Origin: an uncultured Chloroflexia bacterium
GTDB lineage: Bacteria; Chloroflexota; Limnocylindria; Limnocylindrales; CSP1-4
DNA: 64,000 bases
Direction of reading: 5' to 3'
Assembly (NCBI GenBank): GCA_963821595.1
Contig: CAWGEL010000023.1
Coordinates: forward strand, 138,930 to 202,929
This document shows positions 23,592 to 32,807 of this stretch, piece after piece. Below the pieces are notes generated by a model that ran no database searches, was not told the DNA's origin, and was given only the letters and a program-made list of their open reading frames with translations. The number at the start of each line of letters is the position of its first letter. Position 1 is the stretch's first letter. Made by a program: the position numbers and the translations under genes.

Positions 23592-24302
23592 ATGACTCCG
23601 ATGCCCGAACGACCCGCCACGCAGCCGCCGCACGCGCCGGAGCCGGCGCACGCGCCGGAACCGCCGCCCGCGCCGGAACCGGGTGAGCCGGCGCACGCGC
23701 CGGACCCGGGTGAGCCGCCGCCCGCGCCGGAGCCGCCGCTCGCGCCGGAACCGCGTGGGCCGCAGCCCGCGCCGGAGCCGCCGCCCGCGCCGAAACCGCG
23801 TGGGCCGCAGCAGCCTGCCGCACCGGGCCCAGGGCTCGCTGTCCCGGGCGATCGGCCGCCGCGGCGCCTGCTCGACCATCCGCCGTCCGACCGCTTTGTC
23901 GCGCGCGACGAAGCAGCGTCCAGCCTGGGCGCCCGGAGAGCGGGCAGCTTCGGTCGCGCGATCGCGCTCGGTTCGCTGGTGGCGGCGGCGGGCGCGGCAG
24001 TCCATGTCGTCGCCGCGATTCCGCTCGAGTGGACGGGTGGGCTGCTGCTGGTGGCGGTGACGGCCGGCTTCGCGGTCGGAACCGCGGTTCGCCGGGGCGG
24101 CGGGACGGCAATGGCGCCGGGCAGGCGACGGCTGGCCGGCATCGTGCTTGCGCTCGCTGCCGTCACCGTGGCGCTGGCCCTCAACTGGGCGATGTCGCCG
24201 CGCTACCTGGACCCGGCCGCCTACCTCGACCAGGTCTACGGCGCGCTCGTTCCGATCCAGGCGCTCCTGGCGGCCGGTGCGGCCCTGGCCGGGACGCGAT
24301 GA
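23592..24302 (+). CDS. Membrane protein with proline-rich (PAPEP-type) N-terminal repeats
   Basis: The start is ATG 23592. About 90 aa of HAPEP/PAPEP repeats are followed by 3-4 hydrophobic helices (AIALGSLVAAAGAAVHVVAAI, GGLLLVAVTAGFAVGTAV, LAGIVLALAAVTVALAL). Confidence 0.5.
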   Translation: MTPMPERPATQPPHAPEPAHAPEPPPAPEPGEPAHAPDPGEPPPAPEPPLAPEPRGPQPAPEPPPAPKPRGPQQPAAPGPGLAVPGDRPPRRLLDHPPSDRFVARDEAASSLGARRAGSFGRAIALGSLVAAAGAAVHVVAAIPLEWTGGLLLVAVTAGFAVGTAVRRGGGTAMAPGRRRLAGIVLALAAVTVALALNWAMSPRYLDPAAYLDQVYGALVPIQALLAAGAALAGTR

Positions 24303-24323
24303 GCACGCGCTGAGGAGGCGTCG

Positions 24324-24884
24324 ATGCCTGACTGGCCGAACCTGGACCACTGGCTGCCGCCCATCGGGCCGCCGCCGGAGCGGCACCCGGCGCCGCCGTA
24401 CTCGCTGCGGCACCCCGAGGATGCCGACTTCGCCGTCCTCGACCGGCGGCTGCGGGCCTGGTCGGAGGGCCGCGCCGACCTGCCCGGCCCATGGCGAACC
24501 TGGATCCGCGACTTCGGCGTGACGGGCTGGCTGGCCGAAGCGGAGGGCTCGCCCCGGCCACTCGGCATCCTGGTCGGGTTCCTGTCGCCCGCCCGACCCG
24601 GCCGGGCCGTCGTGGAGCGCATCGTCGTCGACCCGGCGTTCCGCAGGCGCGGCATCGGCCGGGCGCTCGTGGAGCGGTTCGATGCCCAGGTGGCGGCGAT
24701 GGACGCGACCGCCGTCGATGCGGCGTGCCGGCCGGACGACCACATCGCCCTGCGTTTCTTCGGTTCCCTCCGGTTCGTTCCCGACGAGACGTCCGGCACG
24801 CGTCTCTACGGCGTTCCCGCGCACTCCGACTGGGACGGAGAGGGCGAGGATCGCGTCCTGCTCGTCCGGTCACTTCAACGCTGA
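24324..24884 (+). CDS. GNAT-family N-acetyltransferase
   Basis: The acetyl-CoA-binding motif is IVVDPAFRRRGIGRALVERF. Confidence 0.7.
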   Translation: MPDWPNLDHWLPPIGPPPERHPAPPYSLRHPEDADFAVLDRRLRAWSEGRADLPGPWRTWIRDFGVTGWLAEAEGSPRPLGILVGFLSPARPGRAVVERIVVDPAFRRRGIGRALVERFDAQVAAMDATAVDAACRPDDHIALRFFGSLRFVPDETSGTRLYGVPAHSDWDGEGEDRVLLVRSLQR

Positions 24885-24917
24885 AGAGCGATCCCGGCCG
24901 ACACACCGAAGATGCCG

Positions 24918-26222
24918 TCAGCGGGTCGCGCCTGCCACGAAGGCCCCGCCATCGGCCAGCTCGTCGCGGATGGCACCCGGTGACAGCTGCTCGACGAGCA
25001 GGCGCCGGAACCGAGCGGCGCGATCGGCCTCGGGAACGGCCTCGAGCCAGCGCCGGAGCAGGCGCTCGCCCTCGAAGTACACGAAGACGTAGGTGCGCCA
25101 GAGCGGATGCTCAATGAACTCGAGGCGCTTCGCGCACCGCTCGGGAGTTGTGAGCAGCCAGCGCTCGAGGTACGCCAGCGCCTCGGCGTGTGACGCCCCG
25201 TCGGCATGGCGGAGAAGCGCCGCGTTGCCCGCCACGCCACGGATCGCGGCCAGCGCGCGCGTGACCGCGACCTGGGTCTCGGCAGTGGCCCGGACGGCGG
25301 ACGGGTCGCCGGCGTCGACCAGCCCGGCGCGATCGAGCACCTCCGCCAGCAGGTCGGCTTCGTCATCGTCCGGGACGGCGAACCGCCGACCGAGGTCCGC
25401 CAGGCCCTCCGACAGCAGGCACTCGGGGGTGTTGATCGAGAGGACGGAGGCTTCGAGGTGGCCCAGCCGCTCGACCTGGTGCGCCTCCTTCCACGCATGC
25501 TCCAGGTGGTGGCCCGGATACGCCTCGTGGGCCAGGAGGCCGGGCAGGTCGCCTGCCCGGACCGGCAGGTCCGTGTTGAGGTCGACCCGGCTGCGCAAGC
25601 CGCCGTCGTACCAGTTGTAGCCGCTCCACGGCTGGGCACGGACCAGGCTCACGGTGACCCCCTCACCGTCAGGCAGGCCGAACGCGGACCGCGCCCGCTC
25701 GCGAAGGCGAGGGAGCACGGCATCGATGACGCCGCGGAGCCGGTCCGGTGGGATCGCGAACCGCGCATCCCAGGCGGCGATCCGGTCCTGGAGCGACCCC
25801 ACGCCCGGCAGCAGCCGGTCCAGGTCTTCGGCGGCGGTCGCGAAGACGCGCTCGTCGACGCGCTCGGGTCGATGATCGAAGCAGGCGGTGACGTGGTCGA
25901 GGTACGGCAGGGCGTCACCGGCGAGCGCGGCCGCCTGCGCCTCGAGGGCCACGAGCTGGGCGGCCAGCCAGCGCCTTCGATCCGTCTCGGGCACTTCCCG
26001 GTCCAGGCGAGCGCGGAGGTCCGCTGCGTCGGTGCGAAGCTGCGTCGGCGGTCGAAGCTGCTGGAGGTCGACCGTTGCCTTGAGCTCGGCCGGGCCGAAG
26101 AAGCCGTCAACCAGGCCGGGTACGTGCTGGTCCAGGCGCAGGACCAGGAGCAGGTAGTCGCGCGCGATGGCGTCGGGGGCGGGCACGTCGCGATCGCCCC
26201 CAACGGCCGGCACGCGGGTCAC
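24918..26222 (-). CDS. DUF885-family protein (putative metallopeptidase fold)
   Basis: It carries the family-defining motif HEAYPGHHLEH. The start is uncertain, with in-frame GTG candidates at 26213, 26222 and 26234. Confidence 0.65.
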   Translation of the reverse strand: MTRVPAVGGDRDVPAPDAIARDYLLLVLRLDQHVPGLVDGFFGPAELKATVDLQQLRPPTQLRTDAADLRARLDREVPETDRRRWLAAQLVALEAQAAALAGDALPYLDHVTACFDHRPERVDERVFATAAEDLDRLLPGVGSLQDRIAAWDARFAIPPDRLRGVIDAVLPRLRERARSAFGLPDGEGVTVSLVRAQPWSGYNWYDGGLRSRVDLNTDLPVRAGDLPGLLAHEAYPGHHLEHAWKEAHQVERLGHLEASVLSINTPECLLSEGLADLGRRFAVPDDDEADLLAEVLDRAGLVDAGDPSAVRATAETQVAVTRALAAIRGVAGNAALLRHADGASHAEALAYLERWLLTTPERCAKRLEFIEHPLWRTYVFVYFEGERLLRRWLEAVPEADRAARFRRLLVEQLSPGAIRDELADGGAFVAGATR

Positions 26223-26301
26223 GCGTGGGCCCACGGGCAGCGGCCAGCCCTCGGGCAGTTGCCGGCCGGCCCGCTCGGGAGCGGCACCGCGCGGCGCGCC
26301 C

Positions 26302-26862
26302 TCATCGCTGCATGCGTTCCGGGCGCGGCGCCCGTGGGCGGTGGTCCGCTGCCGCGTGGCGAGCGGCTTCCTCGCGCGCGGCGCGCACGCGCTCGCCGAG
26401 GTCGTCCGCGGCCGGATCACGGTCGAACCGGGTGCCGGCGAACGGCTGGTCCGCGCCCGACGCGCCGGCGCCCCCCGGAGCGCCGCGGCGGGACGGTTCG
26501 CCCGGCACCTGCCCCATCCCCTGGCCCGCCCCGATCCCGCCCGTCTCGCCGCGGAACGGCATGCGCTGGCGCTCGACGGCATCGAGGCTCATGCGCAGAG
26601 CAGCCGTCTTCTGCTCGGCGACCTCGCGGATGTATGCGGACTCCTCGTCAGGCGTCATCGCCCGACCCCTCGGCGTGTCCTTCGGCTTGCCGACCGTCAG
26701 CCACACGAGGTGGTAGCGGTCCATGCTGCCCCACGCATCGGCCAGGAGATCGTCGCAGCGCTGGAGCCACACCCGAAGCGCCGCCATCCCCGGCGCCGCG
26801 GCCAGGCGATCGCCCTCGGCGATGAGGTTCCGCGTCGCCAGGATCAGCTCGTCACGAGTCAC
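26302..26862 (-). CDS. Hypothetical protein
   Basis: The 186-aa ORF has an ordered N-terminal half (LILATRNLIAEGDRL...DRYHLVWLTVGKPKD...YIREVAEQKTAALRMSLDAVE) and a Gly-rich disordered tail. No family was recognised. Confidence 0.45.
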   Translation of the reverse strand: MTRDELILATRNLIAEGDRLAAAPGMAALRVWLQRCDDLLADAWGSMDRYHLVWLTVGKPKDTPRGRAMTPDEESAYIREVAEQKTAALRMSLDAVERQRMPFRGETGGIGAGQGMGQVPGEPSRRGAPGGAGASGADQPFAGTRFDRDPAADDLGERVRAAREEAARHAAADHRPRAPRPERMQR

Positions 26863-26921
26863 AGGGGCAGTCTAGAAGGGTCGGCGCGGGTCGGGCCCGC
26901 CGGAAGGGAACGCGTCGCGGG

Positions 26922-27005
26922 TCGGCCGGCGCACGGCGCGGCGGCCCGATGGCGGCTCGGCCGGCGCACGGTGCGGCGGCCCGATGGCGGCTCGGCCGGC
27001 GGCCC
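26922..27005. repeat. 35-bp GC-rich tandem repeat, about 2.4 copies
   Basis: TCGGCCGGCGCACGG(C/T)GCGGCGGCCCGATGGCGGC starts at 26922, 26957 and 26992 (the last partial). It is intergenic. Confidence 0.85.
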
Positions 27006-27078
27006 GGCGCCCAGATGTCGGCCGGCGCCCGGCAGCCTCGCCGGCGGTGCCTCGCGTTGCGCAACCGCGACGCGTCGG

Positions 27079-27993
27079 TCACCCGCCGGCGACGGCCCGG
27101 ATCCACGCCTCGCGGGAATCGCGCAGGCGGCGCGCCCAGGGGCCCGGCGAACCGGTCCCGATGGGCCGCCCGTCGAGCTCCACGAGCGCGCGGATCCCGG
27201 CGACCGACGAGCAAAGGATCGCCTCGCGGGCACCGAGCAGGTCGGGCACGGTCAGGTCGGCCTCGCCCGCCGGCAGGCCGATGGCCTGCGCGCCATCGGT
27301 GCCGAGCAGCCAGGCCCGCGTGGCTCCGGCCAGGATCCCGGCGTGGAGCGCAGGCGTGACCAGGCGCGGCCGCCCGGAGCCCTCGACCACCACCGCCGCG
27401 ATGTTCGCCGTGGACGCCTCGCCGACGCGGCCGTCGACCGTGAGCACGAGGGCGTCATCGACTCCAGCCCGGTCGGCCTCCAGGCCCGCCATGACGTGGT
27501 CTGCCCGGGACGTCGTCTTGGTGGCCGCGAGCGGGTGAGCCGGATCCCGGCGCTGCGCAGAGATGATCGCGCGCACCCCCGCAATGTCACTGCCCGGCTC
27601 AGCCGCGGCATGAGGCCAGGCCTGGACGACGACGTTCGGTCGCAGGTCGCGCCAGCCTTCCGGCAGCAGCCCGCGGCCGAGCGGCACGCCCCGCGAGACC
27701 GTCACGCGGACCGCGGCGTCCGCCAGTGAGTTGGCCGCCACCACCGTCGCGATCGCTGCCAGCAGGTCGGCATCGCCGGGCGCCCCGCCGATGGCGAGGG
27801 TGGCCAGACCTTCCCGAAGCCGGGCCAGGTGCTCGGCGCCTTCGATGGCCACGCCTCGCCGCACCCGAAGCGTCTCGAAGATCGCGTCGCCGAGCTGGAA
27901 CCCGCGGTCCCCGACCGGCAGGGCCGGCATGCCTGCCGCCACGATCGCGCCGTTGACCCATGCCAGGGGACTTGCGCCGAGGACGTCGCTCAT
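27079..27993 (-). CDS. Class IV (fold type IV) PLP aminotransferase: branched-chain aminotransferase / aminodeoxychorismate lyase family
   Basis: The translation includes DRGFQLGDAIFETLRV, HL.RL and the TTSRADHVMA...GEASTANI pattern. Confidence 0.7.
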   Translation of the reverse strand: MSDVLGASPLAWVNGAIVAAGMPALPVGDRGFQLGDAIFETLRVRRGVAIEGAEHLARLREGLATLAIGGAPGDADLLAAIATVVAANSLADAAVRVTVSRGVPLGRGLLPEGWRDLRPNVVVQAWPHAAAEPGSDIAGVRAIISAQRRDPAHPLAATKTTSRADHVMAGLEADRAGVDDALVLTVDGRVGEASTANIAAVVVEGSGRPRLVTPALHAGILAGATRAWLLGTDGAQAIGLPAGEADLTVPDLLGAREAILCSSVAGIRALVELDGRPIGTGSPGPWARRLRDSREAWIRAVAGG

Positions 27994-28292
27994 CGCTCGC
28001 TCGTCCCGTCCGATGCCGGCCCCAGTCCTCGCCCCCGGTTTCCGCTCACGCCTTGTCGTCTCCTTCCACGGTGATCGCCGGCGCGCGGAGCGGCCCGCCC
28101 GCCGTGGTCGCGACCTCCTGCCATTCGGGATCGACGTCGCCGGACGCGATGATGACCGGCGCCATGACCGGATTATCGGGGCCGGTCGGGGAGAGGCGGT
28201 GCGATCACGCGAGACGCCTCGAACCGGGAGGTGCCGCGCACCGTAGACTCGGTACGAAGGTGGACGGACTCGATGGGGAAGACGGAGGGATC

Positions 28293-29483
28293 ATGCGCGC
28301 ACGCGACCACGGGATCGTCCTGGGCCAGCTGCCGCCCGGTCCGCTCAACGCGATCACGGACGTTGCCGGCGTGCGCGTCGGCCACACGACGCTCATCCGG
28401 GGCGAGGGCCAGCGCATCGTCGGGGTGGGCCCGGTTCGAACCGGCGTCACCGTGATCGTTCCGCATGACGGCGACCCGTTCGTCGAGCCGGTGTTCGCGG
28501 GGTGTCACCGGCTCAACGGCAACGGCGAGATGACCGGCCTCGAGTGGGTCCGCGAGGCCGGGCTGCTCACGTCCCCGGTCGCCATCACCAACACCCATTC
28601 CGTCGGCGTGGTTCGCGACGCCCTGGTCGCCCTCGCGGTCGGTGGCCACCCGCACGCCGAGACGTGGTCGCTGCCGGTCGTCGCCGAGACGTACGACGGA
28701 GCGCTCAACGACATCAATGGATTCCACGTCAGGCCCGAACATGTGGAGGCCGCCCTGGCCGTCGCGACCGGTGGCCCGGTCCCCGAGGGCAGCGTCGGCG
28801 GCGGCACCGGCATGATCTGCCACGAGTTCAAGGGCGGCATCGGGACGGCGTCGCGCGCGGTCCCGGCCGGCGGCCAGACATGGACCGTGGGGGCGCTCGT
28901 CCAGGCGAATTACGGCGAGCGGTCCCTGCTCCGCATCGATGGCGTGCCGGTCGGCGAGGCGATCCCGACGTCAGACGTTCCCAGTCCCTGGGACGCGGTC
29001 GAGGCCGCCGAACGGGCCCGCCTCGGCCGGGATGGGCGGGTCGCCGGCCCGGGCTCTCCTGCCGGCAGCGGCTCCATCATCGTGGTGCTGGCCACGGACG
29101 CCCCGCTGCTTCCCCACCAGTGCGAGCGCCTCGCCCAGCGGGCGGGGCTCGGGATCGCCCGCCAGGGCGGCATCGGCTCCAACGGCTCGGGCGACCTGTT
29201 CCTCGCGTTCGCCACCGGCAACCGGGGCCTGCCCGGGCCGTCGATCCTCGGCGCGGAGCGGCCGACCATCGACCTCCGGATGGTCGACGATTCGTGGATC
29301 ACGACGCTGTTCCAGGCGGCCGTCGAGGCGACCGAGGAGGCGATCGTCAACGCCCTCCTCACGGCCGGCACCATGACCGGCTGTGACGGGATCACCGCCC
29401 ACGGGCTCGACGGGGCGCGGGTCGTCGAGATCCTCGCCCGGTACGGTCGCGGCCCGGCAGCCCGTCGACCTTCGACCGTCTGA
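28293..29483 (+). CDS. DmpA/ornithine-acetyltransferase-fold aminopeptidase (peptidase family S58/P1)
   Basis: SD GGAGGG precedes the ATG at 28293. The translation includes NAITDVAGVRVGHTTL, GVTVIVP, the GGGTGMICHEFKGGIGTAS self-processing region, and GSIIVVLATDAPL. Confidence 0.8.
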   Translation: MRARDHGIVLGQLPPGPLNAITDVAGVRVGHTTLIRGEGQRIVGVGPVRTGVTVIVPHDGDPFVEPVFAGCHRLNGNGEMTGLEWVREAGLLTSPVAITNTHSVGVVRDALVALAVGGHPHAETWSLPVVAETYDGALNDINGFHVRPEHVEAALAVATGGPVPEGSVGGGTGMICHEFKGGIGTASRAVPAGGQTWTVGALVQANYGERSLLRIDGVPVGEAIPTSDVPSPWDAVEAAERARLGRDGRVAGPGSPAGSGSIIVVLATDAPLLPHQCERLAQRAGLGIARQGGIGSNGSGDLFLAFATGNRGLPGPSILGAERPTIDLRMVDDSWITTLFQAAVEATEEAIVNALLTAGTMTGCDGITAHGLDGARVVEILARYGRGPAARRPSTV

Positions 29484-29827
29484 CAGCTCGCGCCGGCGAG
29501 GCGTCACGGCTTGACGCGGCCGATGCCCGGATCGGGGGCTGATCGGGCCGTTCCTGGGCCGGGCCTGCGGGAATACCCGGACCACCTGACAACGGCAACC
29601 GTCATGGACGCCCAGGCCCCGACATCGGCACGCTCGGCGTCATGCAGACAGCGTAGGCGGTACCCCGCCCAACGTGCAGGACGCATGAGCGGGACACGTC
29701 ATCGACCACCCCGCACCGCTCCACCGACTCTCCACGTGACGAGCCGCGCCCCAATCCGGCTCGCCCAGGGCGCTTTGCTCCGCGCAGCACCCTGCCGGCT
29801 GCCCCGCGGAGGAAGGAACCTCAGTCC

Positions 29828-31882
29828 ATGCACCTGTCGGTCCGAAACCAGCTGCTCGGCACGTCCGCAGCAATCCTCGCCTTGATGACGGTGATCGGCG
29901 CAATCGCCATCACCAGCCTGGGATCCGTCAATACCGGCGGATCCAGGATGTATGACGAGAGCGTCGCCACGATCGAAGCCTCGGGCGCCATCGTGTCGGC
30001 GATCGAGGACGAGGGTCGCCTGGCCACCCTGAGCGTGGTCAAGATCGGCGACGCCGCGACGCAGGAGAAGGTCGCGACGGGCGTCGCGGGCGACGAGAAG
30101 ACGATCACGGACCACCTCGACGCGCTGGCCACCCTGGCCAGCGGCGAGGAGGTCGCCATCCTCGCGGAGATGAAGGCCCAGCACGACGCATACGGCCCGC
30201 TCCGCGACGCGATCACCGCCGCCAGCCTCGCCGGCAATGCGACCGTCGCGACCGCGGCCATCGACCCGGCCGCGGCGGTCCGCACGAAGCTGCAGGACGC
30301 GGCCCAGCAGTACCTCACGGTCGCGGAGGACCAGGCCAGGGCACTCGACACGCAGAACGATGCGACCGCGAGCTCGGCCAACTTCATCGTCCTCGGCGGC
30401 CTCGGCGTCGCCCTCGTCGTCGGCTTCGCCCTGAGCTTCTGGATCTCGCGCCGCATCACGAACGGCGTGAAGTCGGTGCAGGCCACCGTGACCTCGCTCG
30501 CCGACAAGTGCGCCACCTGGCTGGCCGAAGGCATGGGCAGCCTGCGCGACGGCGACCTCACCTACGAGATCACGCCGGTCACCCCGCGCATCGACCACTA
30601 CTCCGGCGACGAGATCGGCCAGACGGCGGCCAAGACCGACGACCTGCGTGACCGCATGGTGGCCGCCATCGACGCCTACAACACCGCCCGGGACGGCCTT
30701 GCCTCCACGGTCGGGCAGGTGCGCGACGCGTCGGAGTCGGTCGCCCGCACCAGCGGCCAGCTCAATGCGGCGGCCGGCCAGGCCGGAGCCGCCACCCAGC
30801 AGATCGCCACGACCATCGGCCAGGTGGCGGCAGGCGCCGCGGACCAGGCCCAGGCCGCATCGGCAACCTCCCAGGCGATGACCAGCCTCAGCGGACTCAT
30901 CGCCGAGGTGACGGGCACGGCCACCGAAGTCGGCGGCAAGGTCGACTCCAGCGCCGCCACGATCACGGCCATGTCGGCCGCCCTCGCCGACGCCTCCACC
31001 GCTTCGAGCCAGGTCGCCTCGGCAACGGCCGGGGCCGGCGAGGCCGCCGTGGGCGGCACGAGCGCCGTCAATCGCACAGTCGCGGGGATGACCCGCATCA
31101 AGGGCGCCGTCGCCGACGCCGCCGGCAAGGTGAGTGAGATCGCGGCCAAGAGCGAGCAGATCGGGGCGATCGTCGAGACGATCGACGACATCGCCGAGCA
31201 GACCAACCTCCTCGCCCTCAACGCCGCCATCGAGGCGGCCAGGGCGGGCGAGATGGGCAAGGGCTTCGCGGTCGTCGCCGACGAGGTGCGCAAGCTCGCC
31301 GAGCGCTCCGGCCGCGCGACCAAGGAGATCGCCGGCCTCATCGGCGAGGTCCAGGGCGTGATCGCCGCAGCCGTCAACGCCATGAAGGTCGGAGCCACCG
31401 AGGTCGAGACCGGGACCGCGCTCGCCGACGAGGCGGGTGGCGCCCTGCGCCAGATCGGCACCGCGGTCACGGACGTCACCGCCGCCGTGGGCCGGATCAT
31501 CGCCGCGGTCGACGCGATGGGCACGCACAGCGCGGGCGTCGTGTCGGCCATGGACGCCATCGCCGGCCTGGCCGACCGCAACGCCGCGGCCGCCTCCACG
31601 ATGACCGCCAACGCGGGCGACGTGACCCGCTCGGTGGAGTCCATCGCCGCCGTCTCGGAAGAGAACTCGGCAGCCGCCGAGGAAGTCAGCGCCGCGACCG
31701 AAGAGATGAGCGCCCAGTCGGAGCAGGTCGTGGCCTCGGCCCAGGAACTCGCGAGCATGGCCACCCAGCTCGACAGCCTGATGGCCGGCTTCAAGCTCGC
31801 GACGAGCGAGACAGCGCACCCGAAGGCCACCGGCCGGCGGGTGGTCGAGCTCCCGAGCTCGGCCCGTCGAAAGGCGGCCTGA
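29828..31882 (+). CDS. Methyl-accepting chemotaxis protein (N-terminal TM + four-helix-bundle sensor, HAMP, MCP signalling domain)
   Basis: It carries the highly conserved hairpin [40 protein letters not shown] and two TM segments. The SD is GGAGGAAGG. Confidence 0.9.
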   Translation: MHLSVRNQLLGTSAAILALMTVIGAIAITSLGSVNTGGSRMYDESVATIEASGAIVSAIEDEGRLATLSVVKIGDAATQEKVATGVAGDEKTITDHLDALATLASGEEVAILAEMKAQHDAYGPLRDAITAASLAGNATVATAAIDPAAAVRTKLQDAAQQYLTVAEDQARALDTQNDATASSANFIVLGGLGVALVVGFALSFWISRRITNGVKSVQATVTSLADKCATWLAEGMGSLRDGDLTYEITPVTPRIDHYSGDEIGQTAAKTDDLRDRMVAAIDAYNTARDGLASTVGQVRDASESVARTSGQLNAAAGQAGAATQQIATTIGQVAAGAADQAQAASATSQAMTSLSGLIAEVTGTATEVGGKVDSSAATITAMSAALADASTASSQVASATAGAGEAAVGGTSAVNRTVAGMTRIKGAVADAAGKVSEIAAKSEQIGAIVETIDDIAEQTNLLALNAAIEAARAGEMGKGFAVVADEVRKLAERSGRATKEIAGLIGEVQGVIAAAVNAMKVGATEVETGTALADEAGGALRQIGTAVTDVTAAVGRIIAAVDAMGTHSAGVVSAMDAIAGLADRNAAAASTMTANAGDVTRSVESIAAVSEENSAAAEEVSAATEEMSAQSEQVVASAQELASMATQLDSLMAGFKLATSETAHPKATGRRVVELPSSARRKAA

Positions 31883-31885
31883 GCG

Positions 31886-32413
31886 ATGGCCGTCGGGAAC
31901 GGAGCAGACATGGGTCCCGCAGGCGCCGAGGCCGCCCGCGGGACCGAGCTCCAGATCGTCGTCTGCAGCCTCGGGGCGGAGCGGTACGGCCTCGACATCG
32001 CCGCCGTCTACGAGATCATCCGCGCCCAGACCATCACCGCCGTCCCCAAGGCGCCGCCGTTCGTGGAAGGCGTGATCAACCTGCGCGGCCGGATCGTGCC
32101 GGTGGTCGATCTCGCCGGGCGCTTCGGCCTGGCCCCGGCCAGCGTCACCTCGGCCACGCGGATCGTGGTGGCGGAGGCCGCCGGCACCCGGGTCGGCCTC
32201 GTGGTCGACGCGGTGTCGGAAGTCCTCATGGTGCCCGGATCGGCCATCGAGCCCACGCCCGAGGTCGCGGCTGGCACCGATGCGTCCTACCTGCGGGGCA
32301 TCGCCAAGCTCGGCGAGCGCCTCGTCATCCTGCTCGACCTCGACGGCCTCTTCGGCGAGGGCGAGCAGGCCGGTCTTGCCACCGCCGCCGCGGGGGTGGC
32401 CGAGGCCGCCTGA
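31886..32413 (+). CDS. cheW: Chemotaxis coupling protein CheW
   Basis: The translation includes YGLDIAAVYEIIR...VPKAPPFVEGVINLRGRIVPVVDL. The gene starts 3 nt after the MCP stop. Confidence 0.85.
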   Translation: MAVGNGADMGPAGAEAARGTELQIVVCSLGAERYGLDIAAVYEIIRAQTITAVPKAPPFVEGVINLRGRIVPVVDLAGRFGLAPASVTSATRIVVAEAAGTRVGLVVDAVSEVLMVPGSAIEPTPEVAAGTDASYLRGIAKLGERLVILLDLDGLFGEGEQAGLATAAAGVAEAA

Positions 32414-32807
32414 ACCGCCACTCCGGGGAACCGAGGCCGGGTTCCAGCCACGGACGCACGTGGCTGAGGCCCGGCCTCCCCATTTCGGCCGTGGCTCCGC
32501 TCGCGTCCTCGCAGCCTGGGTCGTGCGGGCGGCTCGGTGCCGCGGACCGCCTCGCCGGATGGGCCGCCTGGGCCGATTGGGCCTCACGGGCCAGGGCCGG
32601 CGGGCGTCGCAGAAACATGCCGTTCGACCTATCGACCTTCGCGTGCATCACCGCCACCATTCGTCGTCGGCGGCTGCATCGGCGGGGAACGGGAGGCCAC
32701 CGGGCATGATGCGGGTGTGGGGGAGTGGTTACCCGCGCTGACTGTCGCGCTGCCGGACCCTGATGACGCCGTGCGCGACAGCTCGCGCGACGGGACGCCT
32801 TTGAGGG

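Noticed and set aside
29699-32587. A 962-aa minus-strand ORF, the longest in that region.
   Set aside because: It is antisense to the MCP and CheW genes, which carry the highly conserved MCP signalling hairpin. Its composition is G/R/D/A-rich junk.
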